Assembly: GCF_018977255.1 (NCBI RefSeq)
Contig: NW_024704742.1
Coordinates: 58,778,001 to 58,842,000 of the forward strand
Origin: Callorhinchus milii
Taxonomy: Eukaryota
Length of the DNA: 64,000 bases
Direction of reading: 5' to 3'
In this document: piece after piece, positions 1 to 12,445 of the stretch
How positions within the stretch are numbered: the first letter of the stretch is position 1
Layout: every line of letters starts with the position of its first letter
Position numbers and translations under genes: made by a program
Notes under the pieces: model-generated
What the model was told of the DNA's origin: nothing
The model's database searches: none
What the model saw: the letters and a program-made list of their open reading frames with translations, nothing else

Positions 1-3
1 TTT

Positions 4-386
4 GGAGCCCTGCAGCTCACTGGTTAGAGCACTCGCCTTGCAAGCGAGAGGCCCCCGGGTTCGATTCTCAGGCAGGGCGAAATGTTAGGCAAGTTTTCTT
101 AATCCACACATCTGTTTACCTAGAAATAAGTAGGAACCCGGTTATTACTCGATTGGTGGATCACTTTCCGGGGATAATAATCCCTCCAAAATAAATTAAT
201 TTAATTTAAAACATAATAATTTGGTCACTCAATCCATGATTGCTTATGGGACACTGCTGTGCGCAATTGGCTGCCGCACTTCAACTACAAAATATACAGT
301 CAATTCACTTTACAATATGTACTGTGAAGCGCTTTCAGATGTCTCAAAAATATGTTAAGGCACTATATCAAATGCAAGGATTATTA
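4..386 (+). mobile_element. tRNA-Ala(TGC)-derived SINE, long subtype, full length
   Basis: Head GGAGCCCTGCAGCTCACTGGTTAGAGCACTCGCCTTGCAAGCGAG..GGTTCGATTC has A box, CTCGC/GCGAG anticodon stem around TGC, and B box. Carries an extra internal block (~112-185) also seen at 53.4 kb. Ends in L2-type tail ATCAAATGCAAGGATTATTA. Confidence 0.9.
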
Positions 387-914
387 GGTTGTGTACTGTG
401 AGGACCGGTGATCACATCCTGTTATAATGCTGGTTAGGATTTGGTAAACCTACCAACTGATATAACAGAGTTCACAAACTGGAAGCTGATGCACTGAGAG
501 CGACTTAAATGCTGATAACAGTCTATGAATAAAATCTGATATTCAATTAAAACATCTGGGAATCTGAAAAAGCCAGCATTTTGCTTTCCGACCTTTGTTC
601 ATAGTTTCTAAGCCTTTTCTCACTAAAGGTCAGTCGTGATCGCAAATCAGAAGTTGCTGTTAATTTTGATTTATGAATGTCACAGTTTCAACCTCAAAGA
701 GGTCTTTCACCTGCTGAGGAGATGAACTATCTTTTGTCTTCATTCATGCTGATACCATGGGGCGAAAAATGTGACATTTGATCGCTGCAAATTGTGGTCA
801 AATCAATTGCTAAAGATTAGTCATTCGATAACTAACTCTGGCAACCACCATTGGGGTTCCTGCTCGCACAGCGCATTGCATTTGAATACTGCTTCAAGGG
901 ACATCATCCAAATT

Positions 915-1126
915 TAATAATAATATAATGATAATTGCATTTGATGTTGTCAAAACATCTCCAAGCACTTGACAGACTTTTGCTGTAAAGTCTAATTTGC
1001 GCACAGCAATGTTCCACAAGCAGCCATGAAGTGAATGATCAAATTTATCTGGGGAATTGTTAACCAGGACACTGGGCAGGAACTCTTTTTCATTTTCAAA
1101 TAGTGTCATTGGATCTTTAACATCTC
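915..1126 (-). mobile_element. Deu-domain SINE fragment (3' half)
   Basis: Reverse (TTA)n tail, GCACAGCAATGTTCCACAAGCAGCCATG block and Deu-type GGATCTTTAACATC. Confidence 0.8.
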
Positions 1127-2254
1127 CCACTCTATCCTCACACAATATACAACTACCCTTGCACTTACGGGGGAAATTGATGAAAAATCCAAGGCCATTT
1201 GAGGATGAACGAAAGAAAATATTTACCTGAAAAATGTTGACTCCAGAAGGTAGTCAAGCAAAGCACGAGAAGAGTTACCAAGCCACCGCCAACACAAGAC
1301 CAATGCTCAATATCCCCATGTACCCTGCTACACTGCTATTGCTGTCATACGGCAGATAAGGCTGCAGCATGTGATTGTCTCTATTCCTTAAGAATTCTGC
1401 CTAGATTTCTCTTGACTGAATGGGTGCTATTAATATGATAATCTTGAAAATTCCCATCAGAAAGGGTGTCCTCTTGATATTATTTTCTCTCTTTATGTTT
1501 ATGTCAGAAAAACTATTGCTTTCAGGTATGCTGCACGGAAGCACCAATGAATAGCCGCAGTAAGTGCCAGGTCATGGGTCTGAGCTCATGATGCTCCACA
1601 TTGCTTAGACTCTAATCATCACTGCACCTCTGTTAGGGGAAGTGAGTGTCTCCTCCCCAGTGAGGCAATATCAGATAAAATTCATCCAAATCTCTCAGCA
1701 TTAGGATTCAGAATATTGGCTGGAGACCTAGGGGCAAGTTTACCTCTTGGTTAAGGCTGCACAGTGTATTGGAAAACACCTGTCAAGAAGGACACAAAGT
1801 AACTAAAACCAGAAGGAGAATTATAATCCTGGATGTATGATTGGATATTTTGTGATTTCTTTGCTGTGTCCTTCAATGGGTCAGTCACGATGAATTTGAA
1901 CACAAGCAAAACTAGCCAGGGAGATTACAATCTAAATCAATCTAATGCTTCTATGGTTAACAGATCATGTATTGAATGAGGAAGACTGCTCTATCTTCAG
2001 AATACCATTATTCACAGACATACAAGTGTTCTTATTCATACTTTTGAAGGCATGCCTTCTTTCCTGTTACTTTTCTCCCCTTGGGTATGTATCTCCCTAA
2101 GACAAGATGATAGCTTTCCGTATAGGTCAGACAACAGATTGACCCCTCAAAAAAACTCACTATCTTTTGTTCCTTTCTTAAGGTCTTTTATTCCTTCCAC
2201 TTGCATTGGGGTAAGGTTCCACATGCTTCGGGTGCTCTCTGGTCAACTACAGTA

Positions 2255-2420
2255 CCTGTGATTTAGGCTGTCCTCCTGATGTGAAAAGTGCTATACAAAT
2301 GTAATTTGTTGTTGTTATTGCTAACTGCAGCGTATCAGGGCAAAGAGAAGTTTAAGAAATTAGTGGTCTCCAGCACATCCTCCTAATGTGAAAGGCGCTA
2401 TATAAGTTTGTTGTTATGTT
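2255..2420 (+). mobile_element. Two short L2 3'-tail fragments
   Basis: TCCTCCTGATGTGAAAAGTGCTATACAAATGTAATTTGTTGTTG and CATCCTCCTAATGTGAAAGGCGCTATATAAGTTTGTTG. Confidence 0.75.
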
Positions 2421-2714
2421 GGTGCAACTAAACCTCACTTGGTGCTCAACTGACTGCCTAGAACATGGGAAGGAATTTCCAGGTAAACTTTATTTTTTCC
2501 CGAATTGGTTATTTTTGGTCAGATGCAGTGATGTGGGGGAGGCGGCTGTCTGTAGTTTTCACCACGTCTAAATGGAGACCAAGTGGTCAGCACCATGAAT
2601 GATGTGTGAATAAATATTGGTTGGGAAGGTGGAGTGACAGCGGCTTTCTCTTTGGGAGCAAAGTTGATGGGCCTCTTGGCCTTTTGTTGCTTGTTCCCAT
2701 CTATCTATCAATGT

Positions 2715-2945
2715 AGCTTGCCCGAATGACCATTATTTATTGATGAGCCTCCACATTGTATGTTGGCAGCTTGTTTGACCAAGGGAAATCACAGCCGAGT
2801 CCGACTCTCAAATGATGTTAACACATGTCCAGTAAGGTCTCAAGCTTCTAATCAGAGACAGAGAACCCTGGCTGAATTACCTCCCCCCACCCCAACAAAG
2901 AGATGCTGAGATCAATCTAGCTATCTTATAGCTACTCTGAACTGA
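2715..2945 (-). mobile_element. AmnSINE2-like ancient SINE relic
   Basis: Reverse matches (TGAGCCT, CACAGCCGAGTCCGA, GAACCCTGGCTGA) to the element at 58245-58920. Family name is from recollection of the consensus. Confidence 0.55.
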
Positions 2946-3304
2946 CAATCCAATTTAAAAAATCACAAAATAATTTGTCTTATTTATTATAGTTTATGTT
3001 AGCTCGAAGTGTAGGTCTGAATTACTTGAATGCACATTAAAAAAATCTTTTAGATCTTTCAGATGAAAATACTCCTGATGACAAATGTGTCTTTCCCCCG
3101 TGAGCCCTGTGAGCCTGATGCTAGTCTTCAATTAGCGACACAGACACGTCTCAGTGCCCGAGTAAAGTTTCAGTCACGCTTTCCTGCCAAAAGCCTGTAT
3201 TTGGAAAGCAGTCCTTTAACTATTTCAGTGCTGGCTTACTTACCCAGGTGTCTCAGGAGGGGAGAGGTGCAGTTATGGAAGTGAGAGAGAAGTACATAAC
3301 TATG

Positions 3305-3590
3305 GATAACAATTTACATTTATATAGCACTTTTCATCTGGAGATGTCTCAAAGCTCCTCACGTAGCTGCCTGCGAGGAAACGAAAACATAGGTCTTTTT
3401 TCAAGTTTTGAATGAGAGGGATGGGCAGAGGTGGAAGACTCCAAGGTGGAGTTTCAGAGAGTGAAGGCAGATCGGCTGAAAGCTCGCTCACTCACAGTGG
3501 GGTGGATCATGCGGGGATATGAAGCAGGTCAACTGGTGTTTGCCGAAAAGGAGATTGCAGAGTAGGGTGGGGTGAAGCAATGGAAGGATA
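3305..3590 (-). mobile_element. Degraded L2 3' fragment
   Basis: Reverse tail ACAATTTACATTTATATAGCACTTTTCA, then GGAGTTTCAGAG..GGCTGAAAGCTCG (reverse of the RAFS..LWNS-coding region). Confidence 0.7.
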
Positions 3591-4074
3591 GACCAAATAA
3601 GAGGGAAAGAGAAAGAAATATTGATCACATTGATTTGCTCCAAGTTTGACTGTTCAACTCAGTAGAGAGAGTGAAAGCTTGTATGGAGATTCCTGCCTCA
3701 TTGGAGATTGTTATAGGAGCCAAAGAAAAAAGGGATACTTCTGTAGCTGACACATGCAAGAGAAATTCTTTAAGATATGTTTTAAACAAAATATCCTCCG
3801 TTGCTCAACCTTCCCCAATGGTTGGAAAAGTTCTCCATGGGTGAGTAATGCTGAAAATACTTTACTCCTGGAAACGGGAACAGAGAGCTCCTCAGGTGCT
3901 TAGTCTGGTTGCTCTGACAACTCTCTCTCAGTTTCAGTAAACTTAGATTTCACAGAATCAAATAATGCTACAGAAACAGAACAATCACCCACAAAGTCTG
4001 TGCTAGTGTTTAACTCCACATGAGCCTCCGAATCTTAAAATGCTGAAATTTAATTTTTTTTAAAAATCTTAAAA

Positions 4075-4156
4075 GTCTGTACTCTGTCCAGCACCTTGGG
4101 ATGTCCTCCCGACGTGAAAGGCGCTATACAAATGTAATCTTGTTGTTGTTGTTGTT
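4075..4156 (+). mobile_element. L2 3' tail, apparently inserted in a degraded reverse CR1 tail (~3950-4200)
   Basis: CAGCACCTTGGGATGTCCTCCCGACGTGAAAGGCGCTATACAAATGTAATC(TTG)n. Confidence 0.8.
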
Positions 4157-4262
4157 AACCTATGCTCCAGCATACTCCCCATACCCTGTAATCTTCTTCT
4201 ACCACACAACAACCTTTTGACTCAAAGACAAGAGTATTACCAACTGAGCCAGTGTCAGTCGA

Positions 4263-4695
4263 GCTCAGTTGATAACACTCTCGCCTCTGAGTCAAAAGGT
4301 TGTGTGTTCAAGCCCCATGTCAGGAATTTCAACTTGCATAGTCTCAGCTGACACTCTAATGCAGTGCTGGGGAGTTGCTCTTTTGGTGGTGGTGCTGTCC
4401 CTTGGGTGAGATGTTACACTGCGGTCCTGTCTGCCTGTTCATGTGGATATTAAACATCCCAATGCACTATTGGAAAGGGAGTTTCTCCCCAGTGGCCTGG
4501 CCAAGATTGCCCGAGGGAAACTTGCTCACTCACTTCATGGTTGTTTATGGGAAAATGTTGTGCGCAAACTGGCTGTTGCATTCCCCAAAATAAATTGCAC
4601 AGTCACTCCACTTTATGGTATACCTGTGAAGAGCTTTGAGACATGCTCCCAACAGGAAAGCACAATATGAAATGTAAGGGTTATTATTTATTACT
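4263..4695 (+). mobile_element. Deu-domain SINE (SacSINE1/AmnSINE1-like superfamily), near full length
   Basis: tRNA-like head GCTCAGTTGATAACACTCTCGCCTCTGAGTCAAAAGGTTGTGTGTTCAAG, Deu core GAGATGTTACACTGCGGTCCTGTCTGCCTGTTCATGTGGATATTAAACATCCC, and the shared SINE 3' half with TTA tail. Confidence 0.85.
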
Positions 4696-4799
4696 CCCCT
4701 TTTCGAAGTATGTACATATGATCTGAGCTACCATGGTTTTCAGAGATGTAAATTGAAGCTTTGGTGCCTCTGACATTTAGCAGAATGATAATACCACTA

Positions 4800-4975
4800 C
4801 TACTAATAATAATAATCCTTGCATTTGATACAGCGCCTTATTCGAGACATCCCAATGCACTTCACAGAATATATTGTAAAGTAAACTGACTGTATATTTT
4901 GTATCCGAAACAGGGCAACCAAATGCGCACAGCTGTGTCCCACAAACAGTCGTGGTTTGAGTGACCAAATTATTT
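4800..4975 (-). mobile_element. SINE 3' half
   Basis: AATAATAATCCTTGCATTTGATACAGCGCC..GTGTCCCACAAACAGTCGTGG..GACCAAAT. Confidence 0.85.
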
Positions 4976-5554
4976 TTTTTTTATGATGGTTTTTTGATGT
5001 GGATTTATGGTTTTATGATGTGGGTTTGCTCCCGGCTTAAGCTGTGCCAACAGAAAGAAACACATACCAGAAATCAGCTAATCTCCAACAATGCAATGGT
5101 AGAACATTACAATTGGGTTTTCAGCCCACTCTACCCCACCACTGTTAGGAGAGCATCTGCCATTCTGCCCAGCCTTCTGAAACTCCATCCCAGAGTCCGT
5201 CCACCTCACCCCTTCTTTCCCTGTCTTTAATCTTTTTGACTGCTCTTTTCATGCACACGCGCACACAGACCCGGCAGCTGTGTCAAGCACTTAAGAGACA
5301 TCCTTGAGTTGTGAAAGGCGCTATATAAATATACATTGCTGTTGTTGATGTTAACATCCCTGGGATAGGGATGGAGAAATCTGCCCCTGAAAACAACTTT
5401 CCATTTACCCTGTTGGGAGATTTCAAGTGTGCAAACAGCAGAAGACTGCTGTGATTCTTCCCCTTCCCTCCTCCCTGGTGGTCAGATAACCAACACTTGC
5501 GACACTTTCTATCTGGGCTCCAATTAGGGACTTATAAGGTGCAGTTAACAACTG

Positions 5555-5744
5555 TTGATGCCAGTGGATCAAAATACTTTCCGGAATTAGGTAAGCAGGA
5601 TGTGTCCCTGCAGGGAGAGAGTGCGCATTCCATTCCAACAATCTGTCTCTGGTGGGATGCATGGAATTCTCAGTTTGGTTTGGATATTCTTAAGCATGGT
5701 GATGGGTTTCTGCACGTGTCAGACAACTAGCTGCTCCCCCAAAA
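5555..5744 (+). repeat. Unclassified palindrome-rich dispersed repeat, copy 1
   Basis: ATACTTTCCGGAATTAGGTAAGCAGG..TCCCTGCAGGGA..GTTTGGATATTCTTAAGCATGGTGATGGGTTTCTGCACGTGTCAGAC; homologous to 10855, 17452, 18652 and 42040. Confidence 0.8.
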
Positions 5745-6346
5745 TGGATCAGAACCCAAATTCAAAGAGACAGCAAAATCAGGAAGGGAGAAAACAGCTG
5801 ATGATTGGTTAAAAAGCTCAGATTGTCCATGTTCAATCTCTCTTCCTCCCCCTGGCCATCATCTGGGTTTGGTTGAATTTGGGTTTAGCATGTGTCTTGT
5901 CCCCTAGTGTAGCTGGAACTGGCACTTCCTTTTTTAATTACACGTAGTGGGAATATCAAGAGCGTACTCGGGCAGAGAGACGAAATGTGATCTTGAGAGT
6001 CGCTCTTGTAAGGAAAAGGCACTGAGCAGGGCTCGGAATTAATGATTAAAAAGAATTCATAATTAAAAGAGGAAAATAATGTTTCTGCTTTGGTACACAT
6101 AAGACAAATCTGTCACTACTTGTTGCATCTGTTTGACAAAACTCCAGTGAAGGCCAGGACCTCTGAGGCTGCAGGATCACGTTTCGAACGGCAACTTATG
6201 GTGAAATCTACACAGCAGAACATCAACCAAACTGCTATTTTATGATTCCCCCATCCTCCCCTGTTTTGAATAAAACAAGTGGGGGATGAGGGGGAAGAAA
6301 AATTAGGAATAAAGATAGGTTCAGCTCAAATCTATAGAATCAATAA

Positions 6347-6582
6347 ATAAACAACAGCTTGCATTATATTACATTCTTCATTGGGATAGCATCCTAAAAC
6401 AATTTATATAGATGTGGTAGGATGCCATGCAGGAGATGGTGGTGGGGGAGGGGGTGGTTATGCAAGGTAAACATATGTACAGACAAAAAGATAAGTTTTA
6501 AGGCAGGACGTAAAGATAGATGGACAGGGTTGATATAGAGGGGTAGTGGAAGAGAGTTCCAGAGGTTAAGGGCATAGAATAT
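6347..6582 (-). mobile_element. Degraded L2 3' fragment
   Basis: Reverse-strand peptide FYALNLWNSLP plus reverse (TTG) tail. Confidence 0.75.
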
Positions 6583-6585
6583 GAA

Positions 6586-7147
6586 GCTCGTGTACTGTCC
6601 CGCACCAGGCTTCGGGACCACATCACTCCCACCCTCGCTCGCCTCCACTGGCTCCCCATCCCCCAGAGGATTGATTTCAAGATCCTCATCCTCACCTACA
6701 AGGCCATTCACGGCCTTGCTCCCTCCTACCTCTCCAACCTACTATCCCCCTACCTACCTGCCCATGCCCTCCGTTCCTCTGGCTCTGGTCTGCTCCACGT
6801 CCCCCGCCCCAACCGCCCTACCATCGGTGGACGGGCCTTCAGCCTCTCAGCCCCGAGGCTCTGGAACTCCATCCCCCAGTGCCTTCGCCCCTTCCTCCCT
6901 TTCCTCCTTCAAGGCCGGTCTCAAAACCTTTCTCTTTGACCGTGCCTTCAGCTCCCCTCTCGACTCTCTTCCCCCTCCTCGCTCCCTCCCTTCCCTCCCC
7001 TCACCCTGACCATTTCCCCCCTCCTTGCTCCCTCCCTTCCCTCACCCTGACCATTTCCCCCCTGCTCGGGTCATGACCCAACTGTGCAGCGCCTTGGGAC
7101 GTCCTCCTGACGTGAAAGGCGCTTTATAAATGGAATCTTGTTGTTGT
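6586..7147 (+). mobile_element. L2-clade LINE, 5'-truncated (ORF2 C-terminus, 3' UTR, (TTG)n tail)
   Basis: Translates as HITPTLARLHWLPIPQRIDFKILILTYKAIHGLAPSYLSNLL..GGRAFS..LWNSIP, typical of the L2 ORF2 end. Tail stem-loop at 7089-7122. C-rich UTR has an internal ~40-bp tandem duplication. Confidence 0.92.
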
Positions 7148-9288
7148 ATGAAGGATGGCAGAGGGTGATCTGAGACACAGGGAGATGCTAGGGATTCATA
7201 GGTGATGGGTTAAAAGAGTTGTTTTTGAAAATTTTGGGGGAGATATTCTACCTGGGTCTAGATTAATTAATTCTATTGATGTTTTAGCTTATTTGATTTC
7301 CTATTTCAAACCAAAATGGAAGTTCATCTCCATTTGATATTGTCTACCTTTGCGGGACAAAACACAGCTTAAATCTGCATAACAGAGGAGAGGAGTTAGT
7401 GATGGGGACTGGGTCTGGACTGGGACTGGGGAGGGAGGGAAGCATCATCCCATGTATCTCTCACACATATCCTCGTGGTCAGTTTAGAGTAAAGGTGATG
7501 GGAAGCCTCATGTCAGGCCAGGAGTCTCCGACATGCGTTGACTTGGAATGACGGAGTGTGAAGGATCATGAGTGAGTTGACATAAGAATAATGTATCATC
7601 GGAAAGTACTTTTGCTAAGCAGTACAATGGAAAACTGCTGACCACTTGTACCTCTGTGTAACCTTTGCTGTCGTGAATGTAAGTGTCAGCATTCTTAATG
7701 AGCAATGCATGAAAGTGTCCTGTAAAATACTTTGATATCCTTGACCATGTCCATTTTAATTGTGTGAAAATAAGATGTGTAAACAGAGGGTCTTTATATG
7801 TAGAAATAAGATAAGGAAATGGTATGCATGCGTGTGAGAACCAGATGGACCTAGGGTCATGGACACAACAATGCACAAATATTTTTTGTGGTGATGACCA
7901 GAACAAGGAAAAGACACAAGATTTGTTTATTCATAGGTATAAAGATTGAGTACTAACAAGCCTAAAGTCAGAATAGACCTAGGAAAGAAGAAGAAGCTAG
8001 CAAATAAAGAATACAAGAAGAAAAGAGAGAAAACAGAGAAGAAAATACACAGTAGAAGAAACTCCTGTTACTATTAATTCTGTTCTCAAAATTAGTAACT
8101 ATAATTTTCTGTAGCATGCAAGATTATGAAGGTTTCTGAAATTAAACATGCTGTCTCTGTGAGCTTGATTATCTTGTAAATATATATATATTTGAAAGAC
8201 CAGCTACAAAGAAATCACAATTACTAACATCTTTAAGGTCGTAATTCAGTCTTGTGGGTCTTAAAGCCCATATTTAATTTGCGAACATTAAACACAAGAC
8301 TACACAGAAGTAGCTCAACAATAAGTTACATTTGACACTGGTCTGTAAGGAAGCCTGCTGCATTGATCTCAACCACACAAATTACTTTGTGACAAGTTTC
8401 ACCAAGTGGTACCTTTAATGTTTTGCTGAAGAAGGCATTGTGGTGTTACCACTAAGAAGTACAATTGGGTGCATTCACTGTCCTGCATAACATAGGACCT
8501 CACCTTTCCCCATTCAGGGCAAGATAAAGCACACAGCTGGGATAAGGTGCTTTCTGAGAGCTGGAGAACTTCCACTATCACACCAGCTTGAATGCTGCAC
8601 GACACAGTGAGTTTGACAGTCCCTGAAAGTTCCTTAAATCTGCAGTCCTTTTCATCTTATTTTTTGAAAGAATTGCAGGAGTTTTTTTTGTTTAAAAAAA
8701 ACAGAGCTGGAATGACAGCTTTCTATGAGATTTAATGTGAGGTGACACAGGCCATAAGCAGTTTTAGAATGATTGATACAAACCAGGTCTCAACACACAC
8801 ATACCTGATGCATTAAGTGAAACAGACCAATTTGAAACCAGAGTTCAGGTCAGTAGATTGGCTTTCACTTACCACTTGTGTGAAATAGTACCGTCCTTCA
8901 GTTGCACGCACAGCCCTTTATTTCCCCAGTTCCCAGCTAATCCCACTCTGGAGCTGCTCTGGGTTCAGTTTGGTACTTACACTAAATTGGATATGTTTCC
9001 TCTTTCACCTGTGACATTCCTGTTTGTTTTTATAAGAGGTGGATTCAAAACCTCAAACCAATCAGCCCAGGCACACCTCCTTGCAAGCAATGCATGCCAT
9101 TCTAACCAGCAAAAACAGATTCTGTAAGATTATAAATCTGCTTTCTTGTAGCGGACATGGCACTTGTAAGACATGTATCCATTCTTTTTAGAACTACTGT
9201 ATTATTTCTGCACCATCTGTGGCCCAAGATATAATCATATTTTTATTTTCTTCCCTTCATTAATTTTCCCCCACTCCTGAGACATTAA

Positions 9289-9680
9289 ATGATAATAATA
9301 ATCCTAGCAATTGTTACAGCATCTTTCACATCGGGAAAGCATTTCACAGGAATTACTGTGAAATGGAGTGACTGTGTATTTGCAGGTGAACATAGCAGTC
9401 CAACTGCAGACAACAACGTCCCACAAACAGCCATGAAACAAATGACCAATTTTATTTGGGGGATTGTTGGCTAGGATACCAGAAGAAACACCCTTCTCTT
9501 TTATTATAATAATAATATTTGCATTTGAATAATGCCATGGGATCCACAACAGCTCAGCTGAACAGGCAGATGGGACCTCGGTTTAACCTTTCATCTGAAG
9601 GACGATGCAACACACCCTCAGCATTGCATTGGGGTATCAGCTTAGACTATGTGAGTTCAAGTCCCAACGTGGGATTTAGA
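9289..9680 (-). mobile_element. Deu-domain SINE
   Basis: Reverse tail, CCCACAAACAGCCATG and TGAACAGGCAGATGGGACCTCGGTTTAACCTTTCATCTGAAGGAC (Deu core). Confidence 0.85.
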
Positions 9681-10430
9681 CTGACACACATTTAGCACCA
9701 ACTCTGCACTTTGCTGTAGATTCACTTTATTTTAGAAAAACACTTACATTTCAAGAATGCCATTTCCTTCAATTTGTAAAAGTTCTGCAGTGGCTTCTCT
9801 CACCCTGTCTCACTCTACTTGAATTCTCTGGTTATCTTTTCCCTTACAACCTCTGCTAATGTAACTTTGCTCCTCTCTCTCTCTCCATGCATTCTGTAGT
9901 CTCCTTTTCCCTTAAAACTTCTGCAAATGCTACTGAGAGAGGCAATATTGTGAAGGATGGATTTTTCAGCTCCAGGGCATGAAAAGAAATTGTGATCTTG
10001 GTTTGTCACAAGATTAAAAAGTGCCTCATCTAACCAAATGGACGACGGACGTGTCAGTTCAGACAATTCAATAGGGTGACTGAAGATTCTCTTTTGTAAC
10101 AAAAGAACTCAACAATCAAAAAGCTCTTTTTAATTTGGCATAATTAACTGAAGTAAAATAATGTATTGGTTAATTAGATGTGTATCTTAGGAATGACTTG
10201 GGCTCCAGGCATGAAATCTCAGGATCTCACTTCAGCAGAATCCAACTCTTCTCAACTGGGTTCAAGCCAGAACATGAAAGAAAGCCTGGAGCTGAGACAC
10301 ATAGAATCAGAGAACGTTTACAGCACAAAAAAGCTAATTTGATTCATTGTTTCTACGCTAGAGCTGGATACTCCACTGGAACCCTCTGCTTAATCCTAAT
10401 TACTAGCTCTTTCCACATCCCTATTATATT

Positions 10431-10775
10431 GGGTGAAAATTGGGATGTTTCTGGACACTAATGGCAACAAAATTGACAGAACCAGAAAGTTTGCATAGTT
10501 TTAGGTTAAATTATCATGCCAATGTTGAAATGGAGGTTACACTCACTACTGAAAGTGGTTACATGTCTGGTGCTGACCAGCTGACCTGCATGTGGTATGC
10601 TTTGCAGGTGACTTCTGGCATCGGTGGGTTCTGAGGCAAAGTGGGACCCAATCTAACACAGACTCTCATTTATTGGACTCAATCCGCTGCGTTATAACGG
10701 GGGCCAGACTGTAGGTTTGGAAATTCCAATGTTTCTGTTGCGAATCTGTATAGAAACATCAAACATTTTCAACCC
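10431..10775. mobile_element. Fold-back MITE-like non-autonomous DNA element
   Basis: Termini GGGTGAAAAT..GATGTTTCT and AGAAACATC..ATTTTCAACCC are reverse complements; GCAACA/TGTTGC is symmetric; the ACCTGCA/TGCAGGT hairpin lies at the centre. Confidence 0.6.
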
Positions 10776-10854
10776 ACTGCTTCTCTTCAAATAAATATCC
10801 AATTCCTCCAAACCCTTTTCAAAATGTTATTATTAGCGTAAATCACTGCCACTC

Positions 10855-10965
10855 GATACAAACACGTGCAGAACCCCCTGCTGTGCTTAAGAACCTTCCG
10901 TTCTAGCAACTTTGCTGAGAACACACAGAAAGGCACTCACTTCCACCTGTTCCACCTGCTATTGA
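10855..10965 (-). repeat. Unclassified palindrome-rich repeat, reverse fragment (copy 5)
   Basis: ACACGTGCAGAACCCC..TGCTTAAGAA matches the reverse complement of TTCTTAAGCATGGTGATGGGTTTCTGCACGTGT in copy 1. Confidence 0.6.
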
Positions 10966-12309
10966 GCTGCCAGGTTTTCATGGCTAAGCCTTGTCTTGGT
11001 ATCAATGGACCTCTCACCTCAACACGTCCCTTTATTTACAACATAAATATAATATTTCAGTAAGTCCACCATTTTCTTTTCCCTTTTACAAGCAGGTCTC
11101 TGTTAATTGGGAAGCCTAGGCGGGGGTTGATGCAAGTAGAGACAACAGCATCCTGCTTTAGGTTGCCCTTCCATTGGTGCGGTCAAATTTGATGAAAATA
11201 AATCCTCATATCACAGGAGGTTTATAACACCATTCAGTGAAAGAAGGATTCCCTCCACTTCCTAATGGTCAGAAGGCTTTTGTTCTAGCTGAGGCTAGAA
11301 TGGTATGACTAAAATAAAACAGTAGCTCACTGTGGTCATTCTCTCTCTAAATTAGTCCCACTGGAGAGGTTCCTGTGTCAAGTTTCATCCATCGTGTAAT
11401 TTAAGCTGCGTGTCCTGTATGCTGTCTGGTTGACCAGCCCGCAAATGAACCTGCAGCAATAATCGTTGTTACGAGGATCCTATCTGTACCATGTCGTGTT
11501 TGGACAATGAAACCCAAACTGTCCCCAGATGGTCAGAGGAAATCACACTCAACAGCTGTGAAATGGCAAGGTATTAACTCCCAATGTCAAGTTAAACCTT
11601 AGTCTCTGCGCTCACATCAAATGGTTACGTTTCATTGTCATCTTAAGTTCCATTTCCACCAGGGAAGCTTAAGCCCCTTGAAACTGAGAGAAGCACATTA
11701 ACTTGCTCTGCTGGGATTCCCCATCCATATTCCAACTCACATTGGGCATGCCTTTGGGTCCAACTGATACACTCTAAATTTATTTAACTCACCCAGTTTG
11801 TACTTCATGCTTTCATCTGAATTGGCTGTCAATTCAAATTTGTTCTGATCCCTCAGCTCCAGTGGAAACAAGGTATATGTCAGCTGCTTAACATTCTTCC
11901 CATCCTTGGGCTCACAGCCCACAACACTTGGTAAGGGTAGAGTTGGTTCCTGCCTGAGCCTTCATCCTCACCCAGCAATGAATACGAGGCCAGTCACTAC
12001 GTTTCAATGGAGGTGCGTGCTGACTGAAACCCCGAAGCTCATATCAGCGAAACACTGCTGTGACCAACCACAACCTGATCTCAAACCTCATGTCCAGGAA
12101 ACAGGGATTGGAGGAAATTTAAACAATCAAGTGAAAATTGTGATTAACACATCAGAGTAATGTATGTACGCTCTGTCAATGGCTGGGAAGGGGACAATGT
12201 GGTCCCCTCCAACTTCGTCACAATAATCAAGATTGAAGCTGTCTGCAGCCGTCAATTGGCTGCCAACCAGCAAAGCATGGTATCTGAGTGCTGATTGCTG
12301 AGACACCAA

Positions 12310-12445
12310 CTTAACTGTTTATTGGTTTTTGCATTCGACTACTTTTGCCCACAAAATGTAAAATTAATTCACTTATGAAGCGCTTTGAGACATCTCAATG
12401 ACGTAATAATGCGTTATATCAAATGCAAGGATTTTATTATTATTG
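12310..12445 (+). mobile_element. SINE 3' fragment
   Basis: TTTGCCCACAAAAT..GAAGCGCTTTGAGACATCTCAATGACGTAATAATGCGTTATATCAAATGCAAGG. Confidence 0.8.

Noticed and set aside
4..80. tRNA-Ala(TGC) gene
   Set aside because: It is the head of a multi-copy SINE; the acceptor stem is imperfect and it runs into the SINE body. The same applies at 22.0, 31.6, 39.8, 46.3 and 53.5 kb.
1275..1400. Minus-strand hydrophobic peptide ending GYMGILSIGLVLAVAW*, like a terminal exon
   Set aside because: No pyrimidine-rich acceptor and no supporting upstream exons.
1527..1560. Possible 34-nt micro-exon (TTTCAG..GTAAGT)
   Set aside because: Splice-like motifs only; length is not a multiple of three and there is no recognisable peptide.
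7508..7906. 132-aa minus-strand ORF
   Set aside because: No recognisable motif or splice structure.
8870..8965. Minus-strand peptide RVGLAGNWGNKGLCVQL, resembling the inositol 5-phosphatase GxWGNKG motif and followed by GTAAGT
   Set aside because: In-frame stop just upstream, no polypyrimidine acceptor, the following GGV..CHL residues are absent and no other exons were found; treated as chance. TBLASTN would settle it.
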